DNA of 64,000 bases from an uncultured Verrucomicrobiae bacterium. GTDB lineage: Bacteria; Verrucomicrobiota; Verrucomicrobiia; Limisphaerales; Palsa-1400. The DNA is taken from assembly GCA_963764165.1 (NCBI GenBank), contig CAVXRD010000002.1, positions 2,816,001 to 2,880,000 of the forward strand, given 5' to 3'. Position numbers and translations under genes: made by a program. The first letter of the stretch is position 1. Each line of letters begins with the position of its first letter. Below are positions 27,362 to 37,478 of this stretch, piece by piece. The notes beneath the pieces are model-generated. The model worked only from the letters and a program-made list of their open reading frames with translations. It was not told where the DNA came from and ran no database searches.

Positions 27362-28867
27362 TCAGTCACATGCGCTCGGGGATTTGATCGCCATGAAATC
27401 AGATGCTCCCGGCAATTCCGCATTCCCGAAAATTTCTTTGACGCTCTCCGCAAGCGCGCCGATGATTTTCCGCGCCTGCTCAGGCGTGGTGCAATACGGC
27501 GGCATGATGACAACCACATTTCCAACCGGACGGGTCAGAACACCGCGCTTCGCCATCGCATCGCAAACGCGGATGCCCGCGCGCTCGCGCAGGTCGAAGG
27601 GCTGGCGCGTCTTCCAATTTTTGACAAGCTCCACGCCTGCGACCAATCCCACTTGGCGGATGTCGCCCACGTTTGGCAGCACCCACAAGGCTTGCAACGC
27701 TTCGCCCAATGCCTTCTCCAATTTCTGCCGCGCTTGAAGGGATGCCGCAGACTCCAAAATTTTCAGGCTCGCCAGCGAGGCGGCGCAGCCGAGCTGGTTG
27801 GCGGTGAAGCTGTGGCCGTGGAAGAATGTCTTGTATTCGTCGTAGCGGCCGAGGAAGACGTCAAAGATAGGTTGGGTGGCGAACGTGGCGGCCATGGGCA
27901 TGTAACCGCCGGTCATTCCCTTGGCCACCGCCATCAAATCCGGCGAGACGGATTCTTTTTGACAGGCAAATATCGGGCCGGTGCGGCCAAAGCCCGTCAT
28001 CACTTCATCGGCGATCAAAAGCGCGCCGTGGCTGCGGGCGATTTTAGCGGCGTTCGCCAGCCAGCCTTCCGGCTGCGCGATAATTCCGGCGGCGCCTTGC
28101 ACCAGCGGCTCGATTACAAAACCGGCGTATGGATTTCCTTTTTTCTTTTGCGCGGCGAACTTTTTCTCCAGCGCGCCGGCGCATTCCCAACTGCAATCGC
28201 GATAGAAGCGCGCGTCGGCCCGTTGCGGCTTGGCGCGATTGAACGGGCAGCGGTAGCAATACGGTGACGCGACCGTGTCCGATTTGAAAAGCAACCCGCC
28301 CGGAACTTTGTGAAACAAGTCGATGTGCCCAAGGCTCATCGCGCCAATCGTGTCGCCGTGATACGCGGATTGCAGCGAGAGGAATTTCGGTTTCTGGCTG
28401 CGGCCAGTGCGCAAGGTGTATTGCCACGCCATTTTCAAAGCAGCTTCCATCGCGGTTGAGCCATCGTCGGAAAAGAAGACCCATTTGAGTTTGTTGGATT
28501 TTGCGTAACCGGCCAGTTTTGCCAGCTTCGCCGCCAGCACCGGCGCGGGTTCGTTGGCAAAACCGAGCGCGGACGAATGTGCAATTTTGCCGAGCTGTTT
28601 CGTGATCGCGGCATTGATGGCGGGATGCCCGTGTCCGTGGAGATTGGTCCAGATCGAGGAATTGGCATCCAGATATTCGCGGCCTTTGGTGTCGCGCAGC
28701 GTCGCGCCGCGACCGGACTCGATGATAATTGGATCGCGTTTGCGCCAGTCGCGCATCTGCGTGAAAGGATGCCACACAAACTGGCGGTCTAGGTACTGTG
28801 AGAAAGAAGTTTCGATACATGCGCGGCAATGGATTTTTGGGCCAGACGAGGCGCGAGCGACGCGCAT
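27362..28867 (-). CDS. bioA: adenosylmethionine-8-amino-7-oxononanoate aminotransferase; start uncertain (5' end inside a MITE)
   Basis: VWHPFTQM, SSIWTNLHGH, FFSDDGSTAMEAALK, YHGDTIG, IADEVMTGFGRTG, AKGMTGGY; downstream of bioF. Candidate starts ATG 28867 or GTG 29059. Confidence 0.9.
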   Translation of the reverse strand: MRVARASSGPKIHCRACIETSFSQYLDRQFVWHPFTQMRDWRKRDPIIIESGRGATLRDTKGREYLDANSSIWTNLHGHGHPAINAAITKQLGKIAHSSALGFANEPAPVLAAKLAKLAGYAKSNKLKWVFFSDDGSTAMEAALKMAWQYTLRTGRSQKPKFLSLQSAYHGDTIGAMSLGHIDLFHKVPGGLLFKSDTVASPYCYRCPFNRAKPQRADARFYRDCSWECAGALEKKFAAQKKKGNPYAGFVIEPLVQGAAGIIAQPEGWLANAAKIARSHGALLIADEVMTGFGRTGPIFACQKESVSPDLMAVAKGMTGGYMPMAATFATQPIFDVFLGRYDEYKTFFHGHSFTANQLGCAASLASLKILESAASLQARQKLEKALGEALQALWVLPNVGDIRQVGLVAGVELVKNWKTRQPFDLRERAGIRVCDAMAKRGVLTRPVGNVVVIMPPYCTTPEQARKIIGALAESVKEIFGNAELPGASDFMAIKSPSACD

Positions 28868-29064
28868 ATCCTTTATGGATTTGCAAGGAGCGAGTAACGA
28901 AGTCTGGCCCAAAAAGACGTGCCGCCCGGATGGTTGCGCCGATTTTGGCTTGGGGCCGCGCTGCTCCTCGCTCACAGACCCATGAAGGGTATGGTCGCTC
29001 CTCGCGCCTTGCCCCAAGCCAAAATCGGCGCAACGCATGTGTCGAAATTTCTTTTTCACAGCAC
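28793..29064. mobile_element. 272-bp MITE-like structured element (family E) at the bioF/bioA junction
   Basis: ~31-bp imperfect TIR GT(A/G)CTGTGA(G/A)AAAGAA(G/A)TTTCGA(T/C)ACATGCG; internal stems homologous to 20294-20590 in reverse orientation. Confidence 0.85.
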
Positions 29065-29068
29065 TGAC

Positions 29069-30283
29069 TCAGGGAGCGTCGGCAAATGAATTGCGGGTCA
29101 GAAGTTTGAGCGAGCCAAGCGCCTCAATCAACAGGTCGATTTCCGCCTGCGTGTGCGCGGCGGTCAAGGTGAGGCGCAGGCGGGCCTGCCCGTGCGCCAC
29201 GGTGGGAAATCGCACGGCGGGAATGTAAATTCCCTTCGCCACCAGCGCGGCGGAAATCTCCATCGCCTTCAATTCGTCGCCAATCATGACCGGAATGATC
29301 GCGCCGCCCGGGCCTTCGCGGTGTTTCGCAACCGCCGCAATGTTTGACAGCAATTGGCGGCGGCGCTCCTGTCCGCCTTCGCTCGCAATGATGCGCACAC
29401 CGGCGGTCGCGGCAGCGGCCGCGGCGGGAACGGGAGCGGTGGAAAAAATAAATGGCCGGGCGCGATTGATCAGAAGATCGATCAACGCGCGCGATCCGCA
29501 AATGTAACCGCCCGAGGAGCCAATAGCCTTTCCGAGCGTGCCCATATGAATTTCTATTCGACTGGCGACATCGCATTCTTCCGCCCAGCCGCGGCGTGTT
29601 TTGCCGTAAATTCCCGTCGCATGCGCTTCGTCCACCATCAGCCACGCGCCGAATTTTTCCTTCAAGCGCACGAGTTCCGCCAGCGGCGCTGTGTCGCCAT
29701 CCATGGAGAAAACGCTTTCGGTGACAATGAGCGTGCGGGGCTTGCGTTTGCCTTCGGCGAAGGTGGGATTGACGTGGCGGCGCTCGGCCCAGCGCAAAAT
29801 TTTCGCGAGGTCATCTGTGTTATTGTGGCCGAACACGCGCAACTTCGCGCCCGAGAGCCGCGCCGCATCCACGATGCACGCATGCACCAGCTTGTCGACC
29901 GCGATGACGTCGTTGCTGTCAATCAAAGCGCAAATGGCGCCTGCCGCCGCAGCGTAGCCGGAGGTGAACGTCAGCGCCGCCTCGGCCCCCTTGAAAGCCG
30001 CGAGTTCCTCCTCGAGGATATGGTGCGGCGCCATCGAGCCGCAAATCAGGCGCGATGCCCCGGCGCCGGAGCCGAATTTGCGCAGCGCTTCCGTCGCCGC
30101 CTCTTTCAAAGCGGGATCGTTGGCCAGTCCCAAATAATCGTTGGAGGAAAAATTAAGAAACGGTTTGCCGTCCAATTCAATCCGCGGCCCTTGCGGCGAA
30201 TCGATGCGGCGCAACGTGCGGTAAAGCCCCTGCTGCCGAATTTCCCTCAATCGAGAAGACAATTCTTCATCGAATGCGTTCAT
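29069..30283 (-). CDS. bioF: 8-amino-7-oxononanoate synthase
   Basis: NFSSNDYLGL, GSGAGASRL, TESVFSMDGD, VDEAHATG, GTLGKA (PLP lysine), ARPFIFSTA. Confidence 0.95.
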   Translation of the reverse strand: MNAFDEELSSRLREIRQQGLYRTLRRIDSPQGPRIELDGKPFLNFSSNDYLGLANDPALKEAATEALRKFGSGAGASRLICGSMAPHHILEEELAAFKGAEAALTFTSGYAAAAGAICALIDSNDVIAVDKLVHACIVDAARLSGAKLRVFGHNNTDDLAKILRWAERRHVNPTFAEGKRKPRTLIVTESVFSMDGDTAPLAELVRLKEKFGAWLMVDEAHATGIYGKTRRGWAEECDVASRIEIHMGTLGKAIGSSGGYICGSRALIDLLINRARPFIFSTAPVPAAAAAATAGVRIIASEGGQERRRQLLSNIAAVAKHREGPGGAIIPVMIGDELKAMEISAALVAKGIYIPAVRFPTVAHGQARLRLTLTAAHTQAEIDLLIEALGSLKLLTRNSFADAP

Positions 30284-30460
30284 GCAGAAGTCTTCGCATA
30301 ACCCGCCGCGATTGGCGAGAGGATTTGCGGAAGATGACGGAGGCATCACAACTTGCAGCACTGCCGGGATGCAGCCAACCGCGCGTATTGGAGTGGTTTA
30401 TTGGCAGCCTTGCTCTACCAAATTTATCCGACATTTTAACTGACATTATCCGACATCGGT

Positions 30461-32662
30461 TCATTTGTCCGATGGCGCAAATACCATCCACGTTCGATTG
30501 TGCGCAGGAATTTTCACTTTCACATCGACTGAGTAGTCGCGGGCGGGTTTTAACTTTTCGGCACTTCCATCATCGCGGGTTACTCTAGCTTCGTTGGTTA
30601 AGCCGGTATAGTAGAGAGGAATTCGGATTTCGCGTTCGATGGGTTCGCTCAAAGGATTGTAGAACATGGCGAGACCACGTTCGGGCAGGCTCGGATTCAC
30701 ATGCAGCCAGCCGTCCCAATCGCGCCCATCTGGACGGCGCAGGTGGATGATGTCGCTATCAAGAATGGCGCGGTGCTCTTTGTAGAAGGATGTCCATTTC
30801 TTAACTACTGCCTCCGTTTTCTCGCTGTCAAACAAGCGCGGGCCGCGGTAGCACGCCTGCACGCCGCCGCCGAAGAGATTGGCCAGGCGTGTTTCGTAAT
30901 GCTCCAAATGATCCTGCAGCGGCTCGATGGTCGCCGCCTCGCCGCCGCCCTGGTATTCGGTCAGGGGAACAAACATCCAGCCCATGCTGGGCGTTTTCTC
31001 CCAAGTGCCGTCAAATACATTTTGGCGCTCGATGATTTCCTGCTGCTCGCGCGGGAGCGACCAATCCGCCTCGCGGTATCCCATGCCGACCTTGCTCGAC
31101 CCGGCCATGAAATACCAGTCCGGCACGTTCAGATAAATGCCGCGCGCCCGGCACCATTGATAAAAGTCGCTGATGATCTTCCATTGCTTCCATTGCGAAT
31201 CCGCCAAGCCCGTGTGCCCGGGATGATTCGTGGAGGCGCAAACATCGCCAGGGTAGGAGCCGTCGTTTTCGAGAACGAGGCACCCTGTCTTCAAGTAGAA
31301 TTGCCGGAGCTTGCGAAAATAATTCTCGCCCCAGACGCTGCCGAGGCATGGCGAATCCCCAAACCGCGCGCCGCCGGGCTTCCCCGTTTTCGGATTGATC
31401 GCATCGTTGTCTTTGTCAATGGAACGGCTGGCCAGCAGCGAATATCCGCCGAGCGCGATTCCTTTGCTCCTGCCGTAATCGGCCAGCGATTTCACTTCCG
31501 CCAAATATTTCGGGTCTTCGTTTTCAATATCGAATCCGCTGCCGAACGTCATGATCACCATTTCAAAACCCACCTCCGCGCATTGATCGATGGCGAGTCT
31601 TACAGCATCCGGCTTGGCGCTGCGGACGTGCATAAGAATGGGATTTTCCTGCGACCACGGCGCTAGCGCGCGATAAGCCCGCCGGACTTCCAATCCTCGC
31701 CGTTCGCGCTCAGTGGTGTCGTAGGCAATTTCGAAAATACGGAAAGACTCGAACGTGGCGCCCGGGCCGATCTTTACGGCCGGCCCGATGGGAGGCGAGC
31801 ACTCCAGCAGGCATGGAGTTTCCAAATTGTAATTCACCTGCGTCCCATAAGACGCGTCCGTTTTCCAGTGAACGGCCGGAGCGTCCGCGCTCGCGCTCAT
31901 CGCCCCGCCGAATGCGTAATCGCTAAACGCATCGAACGCGCGATAGCTCGAACGAAATCCGTTCGACGAGCCGTCCACAATCGACTCTGATTCCACGAAC
32001 GCCAATTGTTCGACGATCATCGAATCGAGCCGAACCACTTTCTCCGAATCGTTATGAATCGTCAGCCACTTGGCCACGACCGGAAGCCCGTCGTAAATCT
32101 CGTAGTGGACTGCAACCGAGACGTTGGGGGTGTTCGATGGGGCGTGGAATACCAGTGTTGCCGCGGCGCCCGGAGGCGGCCAGGGCGCTTCGCGGCTGAG
32201 CCATTCCGGGTGCGCCTGCCACGGAAATCGCGCCCGCGCGCGGCCAACCGTCATTCCGTAAAATTGAAATGCCGCCGGATTCGACGTCATCAAGCGGACG
32301 CTGGCGGGATCGAGATAATTTTGAACCGGCTGTCCAAGAAGCCCGCCGATCTCAAACTTTTTCCCATCCAACTCCACGACGGCTTCGGGGCGAACGGCGC
32401 GCAAAATCGATTGGCCGGTGATGAGATTATCGAAACCAACCGTCGCCGCATTAGGCGCGTTCCGGATCGTGCGGCGCACAAGGCCGTTTTCCAAAATAAG
32501 ATCCCCCGTCGCCGGAATTTTCGTGGCCGTCGCGTGGAATGGCGATGGGTCAATCAGCCAATCCGGCGCCGCGTCTGTTGGAACAGATCGGAACATGAGA
32601 GCGGCGGCACTCACCACAATTAATCGCGAGCTCGCGCCTCGAAGTGAAATGAATTCCGGCAT
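30461..32662 (-). CDS. secreted alpha-galactosidase-like (GH36-like TIM-barrel) glycoside hydrolase
   Basis: Signal peptide; IDQCAEVGFEMVIMTFGSGF, LENDGSYPGD, DIIHLRRPDGRDWDG; family assignment from memory. Confidence 0.6.
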   Translation of the reverse strand: MPEFISLRGASSRLIVVSAAALMFRSVPTDAAPDWLIDPSPFHATATKIPATGDLILENGLVRRTIRNAPNAATVGFDNLITGQSILRAVRPEAVVELDGKKFEIGGLLGQPVQNYLDPASVRLMTSNPAAFQFYGMTVGRARARFPWQAHPEWLSREAPWPPPGAAATLVFHAPSNTPNVSVAVHYEIYDGLPVVAKWLTIHNDSEKVVRLDSMIVEQLAFVESESIVDGSSNGFRSSYRAFDAFSDYAFGGAMSASADAPAVHWKTDASYGTQVNYNLETPCLLECSPPIGPAVKIGPGATFESFRIFEIAYDTTERERRGLEVRRAYRALAPWSQENPILMHVRSAKPDAVRLAIDQCAEVGFEMVIMTFGSGFDIENEDPKYLAEVKSLADYGRSKGIALGGYSLLASRSIDKDNDAINPKTGKPGGARFGDSPCLGSVWGENYFRKLRQFYLKTGCLVLENDGSYPGDVCASTNHPGHTGLADSQWKQWKIISDFYQWCRARGIYLNVPDWYFMAGSSKVGMGYREADWSLPREQQEIIERQNVFDGTWEKTPSMGWMFVPLTEYQGGGEAATIEPLQDHLEHYETRLANLFGGGVQACYRGPRLFDSEKTEAVVKKWTSFYKEHRAILDSDIIHLRRPDGRDWDGWLHVNPSLPERGLAMFYNPLSEPIEREIRIPLYYTGLTNEARVTRDDGSAEKLKPARDYSVDVKVKIPAHNRTWMVFAPSDK

Positions 32663-32998
32663 TTCACATTACAATCGCCCCGCATCCGAAAAGAGCGAGG
32701 AGAAACTGATGGACCGCAAACGACGGGTATAGAACAAAAATCTGGTGGTTCTCAGAGATTTGCGTGTGGTCCGTCAAACGGCGGCAAAGGGCCAGCGCGC
32801 CCTCATTCTTCCCGGCCAAAAGCAAAAATAAAAATTTGAACAGGAGGAAGGCCGAGGGCGCGGAGACAAAAGACTGGGCAGCGGACAAAATACGGCGCTT
32901 TTCTCTGCTAGCTCGGTTTTCCTGTTTAATTTCAAAACCTGACTCTGAACCAACTTGTGTTTTCCGTGACGCGAACAGATTGGCTTTGTCAAATCACC

Positions 32999-34363
32999 AT
33001 GGCTGAGCTTTCAAGTCGAAGGCGGCGCTTTGTTTTGAGCTTCGCAATACTTGCGGCAGCGGGCTGGTTTGCCTGGGGAATTGGCTGGCTCGCTCCCGAT
33101 TCGCCAATCCGCATTTTTTTCTTGGCCCAAGAAGTGCGCCGCGATCAATCCATCGACTGTGCGGAACAGCTTGGAGACATTGGTCCAAAGGCCCGATCAG
33201 CTATTCCAACGCTTCTTGCCGCCACGAAGGTGGATGGGTGGCTCGCCGAGAGCGCGGCTATAGCACTTTGGAAGATTGACCGGGAGACCAACGTCTTGGT
33301 TGAGGTGTTCTCCAATCGCATGGCAACTGCGACTCGATCCGAGCGCTCCGACGCATTTCTAGATTTTGCGCGCCTCGGAAGAGACCTCATGCCTGCGGCT
33401 TCCGTGGTGGAACAAGCATTGTTTGACGGCGGCGACACTCCGTTGCGGGACAATGCCGCCGCTTTCCTCAAAGAATTTGATCCGGAGCGGCTTCGCAGAG
33501 TGGAGGATCGTTTGTCCGATTCCGCTGCGGCCCTCCTTCCGCTCCACATCGCAGCGCTTCAAAGCACCAACAAATTCGCAACGGTGCATGCGGATGCCAT
33601 CAAAGCCATCCAAGCTTACGGCCCGGCGGGTGCCGACGCGATTCCCGCGCTGTTAAGCGAACTCAGGCGCTCCGGGAGAAATGGCGAGCCTCTGGGTGTT
33701 TTGCGTGCTCTGGCAGCGATGGGTCCAAAAGCTGTTGCGGCGACGCCTGATTTGGCGGTTCTGGCAGGAACTGGCAGCGATACCTGGCTCGCCAGACAGG
33801 CGCTGGCTGTTCTGGGAAGCATTGGTCCCGGCGCGTCCAATGCTCTGCCAGCGGTTGAATTCTGTTTGACAAACAGTGCCCGGCCCGAAGCCCAACTTGA
33901 TGCCGCGATCGCGTGGAGCCAGATCGATCCGAACGACAAAATGGCCATAACCGCGCTGAGGAAGTTTCAAACCAACGGCGACCCTGGCTTGTTGGATCGT
34001 GTCGATCACGATCCATCAAAAATAGACCGCCGCGAGTATTGTGTTAACAATTTATCGCAAACGAGGATGCAAGTGCAAATCCGAGCCAGCGTAGCTTTAT
34101 GGCGCTTGGGTTTGGAGCCCGAGCCGCCGCTTCCAGCGATTATGGCTGAAGCGGCTCATGACGGAGTCTGGGCCATCGAACTGTTAGGGGACATCGGCCC
34201 ACCTGCCCGCGAAGCACTCCCCATCCTTAAACTATACCTCGGAGCAAACGATGGACCTCGCTGCCAAGCCGGGATCGCCATTCTCAAGATTGACCCGGCA
34301 GAAGCCCGGCGATTGGGGTTGCCTGGCTTGATGATCGCCTGCCCGGATACCTACTTTAATTAA
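32999..34363 (+). CDS. membrane-anchored HEAT-repeat protein
   Basis: N-terminal TM; repeated LG.IGP.A..A(I/L)P.L units. Confidence 0.85.
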   Translation: MAELSSRRRRFVLSFAILAAAGWFAWGIGWLAPDSPIRIFFLAQEVRRDQSIDCAEQLGDIGPKARSAIPTLLAATKVDGWLAESAAIALWKIDRETNVLVEVFSNRMATATRSERSDAFLDFARLGRDLMPAASVVEQALFDGGDTPLRDNAAAFLKEFDPERLRRVEDRLSDSAAALLPLHIAALQSTNKFATVHADAIKAIQAYGPAGADAIPALLSELRRSGRNGEPLGVLRALAAMGPKAVAATPDLAVLAGTGSDTWLARQALAVLGSIGPGASNALPAVEFCLTNSARPEAQLDAAIAWSQIDPNDKMAITALRKFQTNGDPGLLDRVDHDPSKIDRREYCVNNLSQTRMQVQIRASVALWRLGLEPEPPLPAIMAEAAHDGVWAIELLGDIGPPAREALPILKLYLGANDGPRCQAGIAILKIDPAEARRLGLPGLMIACPDTYFN

Positions 34364-34398
34364 CTGAACGAGCAGTGTCGCTCCGGGGAACGCTTCCT

Positions 34399-37224
34399 TT
34401 ACTCCACCGTTCTTCCGGCCGCGTTGGTGGAAACCAGGCGGTAGAACATCATGGGGGTGGTTGGCTGGCCGGTGAGCAGATTGCTGCCGCCTGCCGTCGT
34501 GATCCCGTTGCTCACCACTGTCCAGCTTGCGCGGTCGCTCAGGTTGCTGGTTTCTTCCAGGATCAAATTCGCGGGCCAGCTCAAGGATAATGTGCCTGCG
34601 CTGCTGCCGGCGGCGGGCGCTGTCAGGCTGATGGCCGGGCCGTTGGGGGCCATGGTTTGGCCGCCGCCCGCCACATGCGCGGTGGTGCCGTTCAAGACGT
34701 TGTAATCGGGGCCAAATTCCCAGGTCGTTCCCGCGCTGTCGGTGGCGGTGGCGCTCAAGTAGCTGCCGGTTGGCACCGCCACCGGCAGGGTCACGGTGAA
34801 ACTCACCTGGCCGGTGGCGCCGGTGGCGATGTTGGTGGCTCCCAAATAGGTTATGCCTTCGCCATAGCCGGTGGGGTCGGCGGCGCGGTTGAGGTAGAAT
34901 TGCACGTAGAAGTGGCCGTTGACGTAGGTGCTCATCCCGGCCTGGATGGTGGTGCTGTTGGTCGGCACCGGCACAAACGGCGCGCCCAGGGTCGGGAGGC
35001 CCGAGCCGGGGGCCGGGTTGTTGCTCTGGCCGTTCCAGGCGGTGTTGCTGCTGGTGCTGGCTACGCTGGTGATGGTCACCAGGTTGGTGATGGTTTCTCC
35101 CGCCAGGTTGATGACGATGCCCCAGCCGGCGTTGGAGAAAATGCTGTTGCCCTGGATGAAGTTGCCCACGCATCCGGCCCGCACCCGCACGCCGTCATAC
35201 TGCGCGGTCAGGGCGTAGCCAATGTGGTTGGCCGCAAAATAGTTGGTGCCTCCGACCAGGTTGTTGCTGGCGGTGTCCAACAAATCAATGTTGTGCCATT
35301 GGTTGCCCAGCGGGCTGACGCCGTCGGCCTGGAGGCCGATGTAGTTGCCCTGGATGGTGTTGTTGTTGGCCCCGGGGTCGCCGATCGAGATGCCTTCCTC
35401 GCTGTTGCCGGAAACCACGTTGCCTTGGCCCGGGGCCGAGCCGCCGATCAGGTTGCCGCCCGAGCTGTAGGAATAGATGCCGCCCTGCAGGTTGCCCACC
35501 GCGTGTGTGCCGGTGAGGTCAGTGCCGACGTAATTGCCCTGGATGACGGTGCCTGCGGTGGCCGCTCCGTTCAAGCTGATGCCGCTGACGCCGTTGCCGG
35601 AGATGATGTTGCGGGCCAGGTCGTTGCTCCCGCCAATCACGTTGCCGGGCGCATTGGTCAGGGCGATGCCGGAATAGGCGTTGGACACCGCCGTTTTTCC
35701 CGCCGCGTCGGTGCCGATCAGGTTGCCTTCGATCACATTGCCCGAGACGCCGATGACGAAGATGCCGTTGGCCCCGTTGCCGGAGATGAGGTTGCCCAAG
35801 CCGGGGATGACCCCGCCCACCGTGTTGCCGGAGGCCGCCAGGTAAATGCCTGCCGCGCTGTTGGGCATCGCCTTTTCCCCGGTGGCATTGACCCCGATGC
35901 TGTTTCCTTCAATGACGTTGCCGGTGGCGCTGCTGGCCAGCACCAGGCCGTTGCCGGTGTTGCCGGAAATGAGGTTGCCGGGGCCCACCACGTTGGAGAT
36001 CCCGCCCACGATCTCCACCCCGCCCAAGGTGTTGGGCAGCGGGTTGGCTCCCGCGGCGCTGGCGCCAATGTCATTTCCCTCAATGCTGTTGCCGATGGAG
36101 GCCGAATAGACCAGCACCCCAAATTGCTTGTTGCCCGAAATGACGTTGCCCCCGCCCAGCACGTTGCTGGAGGCGGCGTTGAAGGTCACCCCGTTGGTTT
36201 GGTTGGGCAGCGCGATTTTCCCGGTGGCGTCGGCGCCAATATAATTTCCGCTGATGACATTGTTGGTCGAGAGCGCTGTCCAGATGTAAACCCCGCTGTC
36301 GCCGTTGCCCGAAAGCACGTTGCTGGTGATGGTGGTATAGGCGGCCCCGTTGAGCGTGATGCCGTCCGCCCCATTGGCCAGCGCCGCGCCGCCGTTGGAG
36401 CTGACCCCGATGTAATTGCCCGCCACCGCGTTGCTCAGGGTCGGGCCGCTCAAAAAGTAAACCCCGCTCTGGCCGTTGCCGGAGATGACGTTGCCGGGGC
36501 CAATCAGGTTGGAGGAAGCCGTGGCCACTTCAAAGCCGTTGTAAACATTGCTCAGCGCCACCGTCCCGGTGGCATCGGTCCCGATGAAATTGCCCGAAAT
36601 GACATTGCCCGCCGTCCCCGCGGTGTAGAGATAGACGCCATTCTGGTTCCCGCCCGAAATGACATTGCGCGCCGCCGGCGTCGAGCCGCCAATCAGGTTG
36701 CCCGCCGAACCCATCACCATCAACCCGCCCTCCCCGTTGGCCCGGGCCACCGTGCCGGTGGGATCGGTGCCCAGGAAATTGCCCTGGATCACATTGCTCC
36801 CCAGCGATTGCAGCCGGATGGCGTCGCGCGGGCAGCGATTGATGGCCAGCCCCTTGACCGTGCTGCCGCCCGCCAAAATCAGCAGCCCATCCGTCTGCGA
36901 GGGCAGGCTCGAGCCATTGATCTCAATCAGCGGCTTGCCCGCATAGCCAAGCTGCGAGGTGCCGTCAATAACGACCGGGTCATTGACCGTTGGCAGCGCC
37001 GACAGCGGCGTGATGGTAAAGGGCGCCGTCCCAATGATCTCAAACTCGATGGTGTCCAAACCCGGATTGGCATTGGCATCCAGCAGCGCCTGGCGGAGCG
37101 ACCCCGGCCCGCTGTCAGCCGTGGTGAGCACGGGAAAAATCGAGGCTTGCAGCGGCACAGCCGCCAGCAGGGAAAGAAAGGCCGCACCGCCGCCAAACAC
37201 AACAGAACCGGGGAAAAGCTTCAT
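34399..37224 (-). CDS. large secreted parallel beta-helix repeat protein with C-terminal FYRL domain
   Basis: TTADSGPGSLRQAL start, many N.I.GN.IG.D..G / N.ISGN repeats, YLSATATD Ig-like unit, ends LSLSWP..LEETSNL...W...MFYRL. Confidence 0.88.
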   Translation of the reverse strand: MKLFPGSVVFGGGAAFLSLLAAVPLQASIFPVLTTADSGPGSLRQALLDANANPGLDTIEFEIIGTAPFTITPLSALPTVNDPVVIDGTSQLGYAGKPLIEINGSSLPSQTDGLLILAGGSTVKGLAINRCPRDAIRLQSLGSNVIQGNFLGTDPTGTVARANGEGGLMVMGSAGNLIGGSTPAARNVISGGNQNGVYLYTAGTAGNVISGNFIGTDATGTVALSNVYNGFEVATASSNLIGPGNVISGNGQSGVYFLSGPTLSNAVAGNYIGVSSNGGAALANGADGITLNGAAYTTITSNVLSGNGDSGVYIWTALSTNNVISGNYIGADATGKIALPNQTNGVTFNAASSNVLGGGNVISGNKQFGVLVYSASIGNSIEGNDIGASAAGANPLPNTLGGVEIVGGISNVVGPGNLISGNTGNGLVLASSATGNVIEGNSIGVNATGEKAMPNSAAGIYLAASGNTVGGVIPGLGNLISGNGANGIFVIGVSGNVIEGNLIGTDAAGKTAVSNAYSGIALTNAPGNVIGGSNDLARNIISGNGVSGISLNGAATAGTVIQGNYVGTDLTGTHAVGNLQGGIYSYSSGGNLIGGSAPGQGNVVSGNSEEGISIGDPGANNNTIQGNYIGLQADGVSPLGNQWHNIDLLDTASNNLVGGTNYFAANHIGYALTAQYDGVRVRAGCVGNFIQGNSIFSNAGWGIVINLAGETITNLVTITSVASTSSNTAWNGQSNNPAPGSGLPTLGAPFVPVPTNSTTIQAGMSTYVNGHFYVQFYLNRAADPTGYGEGITYLGATNIATGATGQVSFTVTLPVAVPTGSYLSATATDSAGTTWEFGPDYNVLNGTTAHVAGGGQTMAPNGPAISLTAPAAGSSAGTLSLSWPANLILEETSNLSDRASWTVVSNGITTAGGSNLLTGQPTTPMMFYRLVSTNAAGRTVE

Positions 37225-37478
37225 GGCAAAAGAATAGATTGGAGAATAGATTGGGCCCCCAAGGGCGCCTCCGGCGCAGGCAAACGCAGCCGAGCCGGAC
37301 AGCCCAAAGGACAGCTCCAACTAAAAGCCCAAACAGGGCGAAACGTCCAGCCAAAAGGCGCAAAAAGCACAAAAAATAAATCAAGTTCACCCTTGACTCT
37401 TCCGATCAGACAGGTAGGATGCGTACGTTAGAAGTAGCGTATCTTAAGCCAAAATAATTGAAAAACTAACTACTGAAT

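Noticed and set aside
37231..37254. Tandem AGAATAGATTGG x2
   Set aside because: Only two units with no other support; noted but not interpretable.
34657..37431. 924-aa plus-strand ORF
   Set aside because: Antisense to the repetitive beta-helix gene; explained by codon bias.
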